Assembly: GCA_965229705.1 (NCBI GenBank)
Contig: OZ245922.1
Span: 210,001 to 242,000, forward strand
DNA from: Candidatus Saccharimonadota bacterium
GTDB lineage: Bacteria; Patescibacteriota; Gracilibacteria; BD1-5; UBA6164
Reading direction: 5' to 3'
Length of the DNA: 32,000 bases
Each line of letters opens with the position of its first letter. The stretch's first letter is position 1. The translations under genes and the position numbers were made by a program. Below the pieces are notes generated by a model, which was not told the origin of the DNA, searched no databases, and saw nothing but the letters and a program-made list of their open reading frames with translations. Shown here one piece after another: positions 1 through 8,238 of the stretch.

Positions 1-1670
1 CTCGAGCAGGCGCGGACTTTAAACCGGGAAATTTTTTATTGCAGTGAGATATTCTTGAGCTATGGCCTGCAAGTAAGGAATATGTGTATACGATAGAATT
101 TTGGTGAGAAGAGGTCTCGCAAATAACGACAAGGCATCCTATATCATGAGAGATATACGAGTATCATGAATATATAGATATTTTTCCCGCAAAACACACA
201 GTTAGTTCTCGAGAGACTATTAACAGGATTGTTCCTCAGATTAAAAAAGATCTTGAAGAACGACTTGCGTATTTTCAAGATGAACGGTGAGATATTGTGA
301 AATATGAACGACTCAAGTCCAAGGTAGAATATGATATAGAAATGATGCAAGAAGTTGGCTATGTAAATGGAATCGAAAACTATTCTCGTTATCTTGATGG
401 TAGAAATATAGGAGAACCACCACAGACTTTGATAGATTATTTTTGAGAAGATTTCCTCACCTTTATTGATGAATCTCATATGACTATTCCTCAGATATGA
501 GCGATGTATGCGTGAGATAGAAGCCGAAAAGAAAATCTCGTAGAAAATGGCTTTCGTCTTCCTGCAGCTCTTGATAATCGTCCTCTGACATTTCCTGAGT
601 TTGAGGCAAAGCTCTCTCAGGTAGTGGCTGTTTCAGCAACCCCCGCAGATTTTGAAATAGGCAGGAGTAGTATAACTTTTACAAATAATGAACAAGAGCA
701 AAAAACCCCTTCACTCACAGAAAAGGAACTTGCAAGTCAAGAGAATGATGGAATCCAAGCCTTTCAAAACTTTGACGCAACTTCCTGACAACTCTGGAAA
801 GATAGAGATGATCTCAGAGTAGTTCCTCAGCTTATACGTCCTACAGGTTTACTTGACCCGAGTATTTGTATCAAACACATGCAATATATGGTAGATGATG
901 TGATGAAGAATATTTCAGATATTGTAGAAAAAAATCAAAGAATGCTGATTACTACTCTGACTAAGCGATCTAGTGAAGAACTCTCAGAGTATCTCATAGA
1001 TAATGGTGTAAGAGTTCAGTATCTTCATAGTGAGGTAGATACGCTTGAGAGGCTTGAGATTTTAAAAGATTTGAGAGAAGGAAAAATAGATGTGATCGTA
1101 TGAGTGAATCTTTTGAGAGAATGACTCGATCTTCCCGAGGTTTCAAAAATAGCAATTCTTGATGCTGATAAGCAGGGGTTTTTGAGGAGTGAGTCGTCGC
1201 TTATACAGATTATATGACGCGCAGCAAGAAATGCTGAGGGGGAGGTGAGTATGTATGTGGAGAAAGTGACTTCTCCTGACTTGCAAAAAGACAATGTTTC
1301 CTGACAGGGCAATAATACAGAACATCTTACTTTTCTCAACAAAGGGAAGTATATACGCTGTGATGGTTTGGTTATTTCTCATGCTATGAAAAAGGCGATT
1401 GATCTCACATATTATCGTCGAGGGATACAGATCGCGCATAATGAAAAAAAGGGAATTATTCCAAAAACGGTTTATAGTTCTATCAAGGATATTGGTATCC
1501 CAAGTAAGAAAAATAAGTTTGAGAAAAAAGACCCAAAAACTCTTGAGCAGGAGATTACAAGACTTGAGCTAGAGATGGATATTGCCGCTGCAAATATGGA
1601 GTATGAACGCGCAGCGGAAATACGCGATGAACTTTTGGAGTTGAAGGGCTCAAAGAAGGGGAAAAAGTAA
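1..1670 (+). CDS. uvrB: Excinuclease ABC subunit B (UvrB), 5' end outside the window
   Basis: The frame starting at nt 3 is open to TAA 1668-1670 when TGA=Gly. Motifs: [13 protein letters not shown](TGA)[29 protein letters not shown], [17 protein letters not shown](TGA)-VNLLRE-G(TGA)-LDLPEV, IIGRAARN, and C-terminal UVR motif [12 protein letters not shown]. Track ORFs 879-1103 and 1368-1670 are fragments of it. Confidence 0.93.
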
Positions 1671-1673
1671 ATA

Positions 1674-1701
1674 TTGTATTTTTGAGAAAAATCTCTATAA
1701 T
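1674..1701 (+). promoter_or_regulatory. Candidate sigma70-type promoter for ssrA (TTGTAT-N16-TATAAT)
   Basis: -35 TTGTAT at 1674-1679 and -10 TATAAT at 1696-1701 with a 16-nt spacer, ending 17 nt upstream of the mature tmRNA 5' end. This is a consensus match only, and the genome is AT-rich. Confidence 0.35.
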
Positions 1702-1717
1702 GCTACTACTCTATTTT

Positions 1718-2176
1718 GGGGTCAATCTTGGTTTCTACTGAGAGAATATGTATTTTTTATATGCTATCCGGGGGATGTGTGTGACCTCCGTAATCAACAC
1801 ACTCGCATATAAATGCAAAAAGAACTTTTGGAGGACTTGCTTCTTTTATGAAGGGTTCTCGCGTAGCTATTGCTGCGTAGTCTAGACTTACTTTTTAAGA
1901 TCTAGAGTGGCCTTCCGTAAAACGGTATGAGTGCGATTGCCTGCCACATCATCTCTTTCTCGTTTCTTTGAGCGTCGGGAAGGGATTATTACAATTCAAA
2001 GCATGATTTTGCAGTTGTAAGATACTGTCTGCATCATCAGGGTATAACACAGTATTTTCCGGAAGCGTGTTTGTCTTTTTTCTTGTAAGTTTCTGTGTAT
2101 AGTAAAAAAGACTATGATAGTAGATGTATAGGGGATACCTCTCAGGACGTCGGTTCGAATCCGTCTGGCTCCACCA
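1718..2176 (+). ncRNA. ssrA: tmRNA (SsrA)
   Basis: The 5' GGGGTCAATCTTGGTTTCTAC and 3' GGACGTCGGTTCGAATCCGTCTGGCTCCACCA form a tRNA-like domain: acceptor GGGGTCA/TGGCTCC with G-U at position 3, T-loop TTCGAAT, and a CCA end. 5' CTGAGAG pairs with 3' CTCTCAG. An internal tag frame (from about GCA 1815) reads ...GLASFMKGSRVAIAA and stops at TAG 1878-1880. The Ala-rich ...AIAA end is typical of tmRNA degradation tags. Confidence 0.87.
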
Positions 2177-2257
2177 ATTGAGTTTATAGTAAATAATCTC
2201 TATTTTTAGGGGTTATTTTTTTTCGATTTTTTATTGTTTTTAAAAATAACATTTCTG

Positions 2258-2325
2258 GCATATTAGAAAAAAATAGGTGGCTAAAATCTAGAGTATTTGG
2301 CATTATAGAGCTGAATACTTTTTTA
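2258..2325. repeat. Left copy of an imperfect ~68-bp direct repeat bracketing the RM gene
   Basis: GCATATTAGAAAAAAATAGGTGGCTAAAATCTAGAGTATTTGGCATTATAGAGCTGAATACTTTTTTA aligns with 4924-4990 at about 53 of 68 positions (hand alignment, one 1-nt gap). Long identical blocks include GTGGCTAAAA, TATTTG, TATAGAG and TGAAT. Confidence 0.6.
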
Positions 2326-4641
2326 TTTCAACAATTCGTATTCAAATAGCTTTTCCTGTATCTGCTTTTCATAGTATTCTTTCAGAAATTTTTTCATATC
2401 CTCAATCTTTGTATTGAGTGTTACATACTTAACACTGACTTGTTTCTTTTCTGCTTTATTGAGACTGAGGCTTTTAAGTTGGTTTTTCGTATAACTTTTG
2501 CTATCATAAATATAAGTGTTCAGTTCTTGAATAATTTGATACAAGCCATAGGTATAATCAGGGTTATAGTTTTCTGTCTTTTTTGCTTCTCATAATAGTT
2601 CATCCCATAAAGCTAAAATATTTTTATCGGTATTATTTAAAGTGAGTTTTGAGAGTTCTGTATCACTGAAGGTATTTTGCGAGAGACAAAGTTCATTTTT
2701 ATAAAATCTTTTGTCACTTCATGTAAAACTCAAACATTTGTTTCTTTGTGTAAGGCAGGTAAATATGAGGCAAGATCTTAGCAAATCACTATCTTGTATA
2801 TAATTCTCTCATCTGTCTGCTGTAGTAAAATATACATCTCGCTCATACCAGTTTTCTTGTGGATAGAGTTTTGCACAAAAAAGTGGAAGTTTCTTTACAA
2901 AATTATCTGCCCTGAGATAAAAGCCAAAACTTTGATCCAATGCTGTTTTATATATACATCGAGTGAGATTTTCATGTTTTGCTTCAATAGACCATCAAAT
3001 CACTACAAGATATGCAATAATATTCGTATTAAATACAGGTGTTTTTTTATAATTTTTTACGCTTTCTTCTCAGTTACTTTCACAACAAATTCATCTTTCA
3101 TCATTTTCAAATTTTCTTTTATCATTGTATTCGTTAAACCTCCTGTAAGTCTTTTGAATCAGAATATCTTTTCAAATATCCTCTATCTGACCGTCTTTTA
3201 TATCGAAGCATTTTAGCTCTATAGACTCTGAGTTATGATCTATATTTTTCCATAGTATGCATGAAATAAAACTTGGTGTTGCATGAAAGTGTTTTCTATT
3301 AAATCAATACCCATCAATAAATTTTTTATTTACGAGGTGTAAACTCTTATAGTATTTTACTGGACTGAATAAGAGTAAATAATCATCTTCTTTTTTGAGA
3401 TAATACTTCAGTGCCGACCAGATAAATAAATTACTAATATCTCTATGAGTCGCTTGATCTGTTCAGTTTTTAACCATTTCATTGTATACGAAACTTGTAT
3501 TCGATTTTCCATTATTATTTTTTATATTTTCAGCGATACTATCTCTATAAGGAGGATTTTCAAAAATAATAATATTACATTTAGGATTTTTTACATATCC
3601 ATTTAGTTGATTGATACATTCCTTATATTTTTCATCTAAGGGTTCAACTGAAGTTTGTTCTCAAAGTATAAAATGACGTGATAGAGCGTCTCATCACTCG
3701 ACTAAACTATTTTCGGCACTTACATCAGGAGGTATAATGAGTCGAACTTTATCTATAAACTTGTTATATAGTACATTCCATTCCCAAGTCTCATAAGTAG
3801 ATAACACACAGTGTGAAAGCTCCTGCTCTGTAAGAAAATTTTCTAATTGCCCCGTACCTGCACATCTATCAAGAATGATATAATCATGGTCTTTTGGAAT
3901 TTTCGAGATAGCAAGTCTCAGGAGTTCCATAGACTTTTGAACATAGGGATCAGGAGTATAAAACGCTCCGAGTTCTTTTTGAAGAAACTTATCATTGAGG
4001 CAATCAATCAGTCATGGAAACTCTTTTTTTGATTTTTCGTATACTCGATCTTTGTCTTCTGCATACTGATGTATATACAGAAATTTTGGATCAATAAGTT
4101 CTTGTACAAATTCTAACTTATGGTATTTTTTTTGAATCTTCATTTCAATACTCCCATCGTTTACTTTTTCATAATAGGACTTTGAAAGTCATACAATATT
4201 ATTCTTATCTACATGAACTTTTATATATTCCTCATTTTTTAGTACTTCTACGATAGCTGAAAGATTGTTTTCATAATCAATTTCTTCAGCTGTGATACTT
4301 GTCGTAAAATTTTTATTATTTTTACTTGCTCATCAGACATATGGAGTCTCTATTTCTTCCAGAAAATCTGAACTTTGAAAAAGATACGATTTTTCATTAT
4401 TCAGAGATACAAGGAGAATCTGAGAAGGAATATTTTTTCATAAATTCCTCATACGGGAAAGATATTTGATAGCTTGAAAAAGAACGGTATTTATATTTGG
4501 GATAGAGAGCTTAAACTCTATCAGTGTTCATCGTATTACTCCATCAGTATTGTGTTCTATTGTTGGAATAGTTTTGTTAAATATTTTGAGGTTGTTATAA
4601 AACTGAGTTTGTCACTCAAGCTCTGTGAGAAATGGGGACAT
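2323..4641 (-). CDS. Single-chain type IIL/IIG restriction-modification enzyme (MmeI-like): N-terminal PD-(D/E)xK nuclease plus gamma-class N6-adenine DNA methyltransferase plus C-terminal specificity region
   Basis: One 772-codon frame from ATG (4641-4639) to TAA (2325-2323), with 19 in-frame TGA by my count and no TAA/TAG. The N-terminal TDGVIRGTLIEFKLS...AIKYL...ILLVSL resembles the MmeI D-X(8-9)-E-X-K nuclease core. Motif X is LGAFYTPDPYV, motif I is ILDRCAGTGQLENFL, and motif IV is IIIFENPPYRD. Track ORFs 3694-3930 and 2323-2544 are fragments. Confidence 0.7.
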
Positions 4642-4923
4642 AAAAAAGCACTTACTTACTAAAGTAGGTGCCAAAATAAGAAGAAGTAATTGTAGTAATG
4701 GCAAACAAAAAGGGGGATCAAAGCCCATATTTAGTTCGCCAAAACTACAACTTTATACTCATTAAAAGTAGAAAGAGGGGTAGGGTTTAATCCCCCAAGC
4801 TTGTACTCTTAAATAAGTAAATCATAAAATTGTAATTTTGGCTTTTACAATATATATCTTTTAAGGATTAAATCAAAGAAAGTTTTTATATAGATTATTT
4901 ACAACAAAAAGTATTATTTTTCA

Positions 4924-4990
4924 GCATATGAGAAAAAATATGTGGCTAAAAGAGGAAGTATTTGTCGCTATAGAGGTGAATCTTCTTTTA
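4924..4990. repeat. Right copy of the imperfect direct repeat bracketing the RM gene
   Basis: GCATATGAGAAAAAATATGTGGCTAAAAGAGGAAGTATTTGTCGCTATAGAGGTGAATCTTCTTTTA. See the left copy at 2258-2325. Confidence 0.6.
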
Positions 4991-5212
4991 ATTTTAGAAA
5001 AATGTATGTTAACTCTATGAAGCTCAGATTTTTATCTATGTTAAATATTTTGTATTTTTTTAACACAGTTTTTATCCTATAAAAAGCCTCTATTTTGAAG
5101 TAAAAAACAGTGATTTGTATTTTAAAGATTACATATTTTTGAATATACTCTTTTCTTTTTTTCAAAATGTCTATACTCTCCATCGCATTATATTATTTTT
5201 TTAGAGAACAAT

Positions 5213-5500
5213 ATGTCAAAAACATATATAGACGGGGCAAGCTGTAAAGCAATAAATGGTCAGTATGGAGAGTTTTTTAATATGAGCTTTAACCTCGAGA
5301 AACTCCAACAATATGCCAATGAGAAATGATATGTGAATATGACCATGAGTAAAAGAAGAGAACCAGGGCAATACGGAGATACTCACTACTTTACTCTCAA
5401 TGATTGGAAGCCAGAAAATACCAATACTAGCAATCCAGAAACTCAGCAAAATAATCAAGAGTCAGAAAATACTGTCTCAGTATCAGATCTTCCGTTTTAA
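5213..5500 (+). CDS. 95-aa hypothetical protein with an SSB-like C-terminal tip (…SVSDLPF)
   Basis: ATG 5213 to TAA 5498-5500 with one in-frame TGA. Sequence: MSKTYIDGASCKAINGQYGEFFNMSFNLEKLQQYANEK-G-YVNMTMSKRREPGQYGDTHYFTLNDWKPENTNTSNPETQQNNQESENTVSVSDLPF. A compact N-terminal module is followed by a low-complexity N/Q/E/T/S-rich linker (slightly acidic) and a terminal D-L-P-F. The antisense track ORF 5216-5458 is a shadow. Confidence 0.6.
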
Positions 5501-5517
5501 ACAAGCTCTGAAAAAAT

Positions 5518-5552
5518 CCTTCTTTCTCTTGTTTTAAAAAAAGAGAAGAATC
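5518..5552. terminator. Candidate hairpin terminator between convergent genes
   Basis: CCTTCTTTCTCTT-GTTTTAAAAA-AAGAGAAGAA forms a stem of about 11 bp with one bulge. An A-run lies 5' on the plus strand, which is a U-run for minus-strand transcripts. A second weaker hairpin, CTCCC...GGGAG, lies at ~5571-5590. Confidence 0.35.
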
Positions 5553-5717
5553 TATTTCCCCCTCCCTTGATAAGAAACGTTTTAGGGGAGAGTTATATAT
5601 TTTAGAGATGACTCGTTAGAACGAGAGTAGATGAAAGATTTTTCTATTTTTCAAAACTTTCTTAAAAACAAAAAAAATGAACTATTCATAGTTCATTTTT
5701 TTAAAAGAGAAAAGTAT

Positions 5718-5981
5718 TTATGCTTCGTTTTTCTCCTCTGCATAATCAATCTTTATCTCTCTACCATCAAGCTCTTGCCCCTCCATAGCTTCTTTTGCCT
5801 TTGTTGCATCTTCTATGCTCGCAAACTCAACAAAACCAAATCCTCGAGATCTTCCAGTATCTCTATCTGTAATAACTTTTGCGTATGTCACTTCACCGTG
5901 AGCATGAAACGCTTCTTTGAGATCCTGCCAAGAAACACCCCAAGAGAGATTTCCAACAAACAGCTTTTTTGTAGGTTCCAT
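5718..5981 (-). CDS. RRM-type RNA-binding protein (RNP-1/RNP-2)
   Basis: MEPTKKLFVGNLSW... (RNP-2 LFVGNL) and RGFGFVEF (RNP-1). 87 aa, TAA stop, no in-frame TGA. The start was taken at the internal ATG of track ORF 5718-6029. Confidence 0.9.
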   Translation of the reverse strand: MEPTKKLFVGNLSWGVSWQDLKEAFHAHGEVTYAKVITDRDTGRSRGFGFVEFASIEDATKAKEAMEGQELDGREIKIDYAEEKNEA

Positions 5982-6127
5982 ATAAAAATGGTAATAAATA
6001 TAAAATGAGAAGACAAGTTTTTGAGACACACTTATAGGAGAAAATCCTCTAAGGGAACAACACGAGACTACTCCCGCATATTATGTAAGTATTGAAATAA
6101 AAGTAAAACTTTTTTTCGATTTTCCTT

Positions 6128-6976
6128 TTATACATCAGATCTTGCGAGAGCCTTATCTTTTTCCTCACGGATGATTTCTTTTTGTTTGATAATTCCTACA
6201 AGACTCAGAGCAATATCATAGAGTAGCTTTTCATCATTTTCTCTAAAATCTTGTGAACGATTTGCTATCACAATATACCCCATCAAGTTTTCTCATATTT
6301 GCAAGGGAACATGTAAAGTTTTTGTGAGTACTTTAATGCCTTCTTGTTGTATTTTTTTTATATCAAGTTCAGCTCACTCAAACTCTATGATCATATTCAT
6401 ATTTCATACAAGAGAGCTATAGTGAAGTTTAAAGTAATTTTCCATAACAATATTTTTTTCTATATACATGATTTGCTCAACTCAGAGAAGCAGTCGAATT
6501 TTTTCCAAAAGATCACAGAGAGATTCGAGAGTGATTTCTGATATTTCCGCAATGGCAAGATTCACCTCATGATGAATAGTGATTTCTCGATTGGCTTTCT
6601 CAAGGCGAAAATGTGATATATGAATAATCGAAGTAAGAAACACAAAAGCAATCTCAGGAGACTCCTGAAACATTTGCTCTATCATATCAACATGAATTTT
6701 TAAAAGAGCAGTATTACGAATAGCTCTTACATCAGCAGATTTTTTGATATCTCTGTTTTTGAGAGAGGATTCTCACACTATATCCCCTAGAGGAATATTT
6801 CATAAAACTTTTGTTTGTGATCGATGAAGAGTATTTTGTCTTTCTACTACAAGCTCACCATCATAAACAATATATATGTAGGGATCTATATCTCATTCTC
6901 GAAACAAAAACTCTCATGCATTGAGGTGTATGAGTTCAAAAAATCATGATTTATACAGTGTTTCTAAGGGGAGCAT
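6128..6976 (-). CDS. Cyclic-nucleotide-binding (CAP-effector type) domain plus GAF domain protein, no recognisable output domain
   Basis: 282 aa, ATG 6976-6974 to TAA 6130-6128, with several in-frame TGA. The N-terminal half reads FLFREGDIDPYIYIVYDGELVVER...LGDIVGESSL...RSADVRAIRNTALLKI, the classic cNMP-binding beta-roll pattern. The C-terminal half reads ...LHVPLQI-G-ENLMGYIVIANRSQDFRENDEKLLYDIALSLVGII, a GAF-like end. The start codon overlaps the pilT stop (TAATG). Confidence 0.72.
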
Positions 6977-8052
6977 TATCCAAGAAGATTACGAATATTT
7001 TCTGTGTCACGAGCAAAACTCATCACGGTATCTTGAGAAATATACCCTTTTTTATAGAGGGCTACAAGATAGTTATCCATGAGAATCATCCCTTGTTTTT
7101 GAGATACTTCGAGGACAGAATACAATTGATGTGTTTTTCCACTTATGATTAGATTTTTCGTTGCATCGTTATTCATCAGTACTTCTCTGAGAGCTATTCG
7201 TTCATCTTTATCTGATCTCGGAATGAGTCTTTGAGCGATGATTCATACGAGACTCATAGCCAACTGCATGCGTATTTGAACCTGCTGAGTACTAGGAAAT
7301 ATATCAACTATTCTATCAATAGTTTGTACAGTATCGTTTGTGTGGAGAGTAGAGAGAACAAGATGACCAGTCTCTGCAAGAGTGATCACTGCTTTAATTG
7401 TCTCAGGATCACGCATTTCTCACACAACAATGACATCTGGATCTTCTCTGAGAGACGCCTTAATAGCTGATGGAAAACTCTTTGTATGTGTACCCACTTC
7501 TCGTTGATGTATGAGAGAGAGCTTATTTTTAAAAACAAACTCAATAGGCTCTTCTATAGTAATGATATTTTTTTTATATTTTGTATTAATATACTCTATC
7601 ATAGATGCAATATTTGTTGATTTTCCACTTCCTGTTGGACCTGTGAAGAGTATGAGTCACTTTGTTTTTCAGGCAAGGGAACGGAGAGATTCTCCAAAAC
7701 CAAGACTTTCCATACTTGGTATTTCTTCAGGGATAATACGAAGAGCAATACAAAAACCATGAATATCTTTGTAACAATTTACCCTATATCTTGAAAGTGT
7801 ATTTTTGTGATAGTACGAACTATCAAATTCCATATTTTCTATGAATTTTGTATAATTTTCCTTTCACAAAATTTTAAGAATAATTTTCTCAACATCTTCT
7901 GAAGTGAGGGGAGAGGTATTTGTATCTATATACTCTAGGTCTCCATTTTTATTTCTCACAACAAATACAGATGAACTGGATATATGTATGTCTGGACATC
8001 CTTTTTGGTGAGCAAAAGAGAGAAGCTCTTGAAATCTATTGAGTATTTCCAT
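6976..8052 (-). CDS. pilT: Type IV pilus retraction ATPase PilT
   Basis: 358 aa in one frame across TGA codons. Motifs: [28 protein letters not shown]..., Walker [35 protein letters not shown](TGA)-[19 protein letters not shown] stop at 6978-6976. Confidence 0.9.
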
Positions 8053-8238
8053 ATGTTTTTGAAAAGAATATTTTTCTCTTTCCTGAGAATATCATATTTT
8101 CTTATACAATACGAGAAAGAGATATTGCTTATTTTCTAAAAACAATAGTAAAAATATATTTTTGTTTTTTTGATTAAACACTCATTTTTGTTACACTCAA
8201 AGACAATACATATATTTATTATTTTTGAGGTGAAAAAA

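Noticed and set aside
4732-4797. tRNA-like element or duplicated ssrA 3' end (GGGTTTAATCCCCC resembles a T-arm), as expected at an island boundary
   Set aside because: No cloverleaf can be drawn. The putative T-stem does not pair, there is no acceptor partner, and similarity to the ssrA 3' end (GGTTCGAATCCGTC) is only about 60% over ~25 nt.
4968-5183. 71-aa minus-strand ORF divergent from the SSB-tail gene
   Set aside because: The sequence is low-complexity K/I/F/Y-rich, typical of translated AT-rich spacer, and I recognise no motif. Its stop lies inside the right direct repeat. It was kept out of the feature list.
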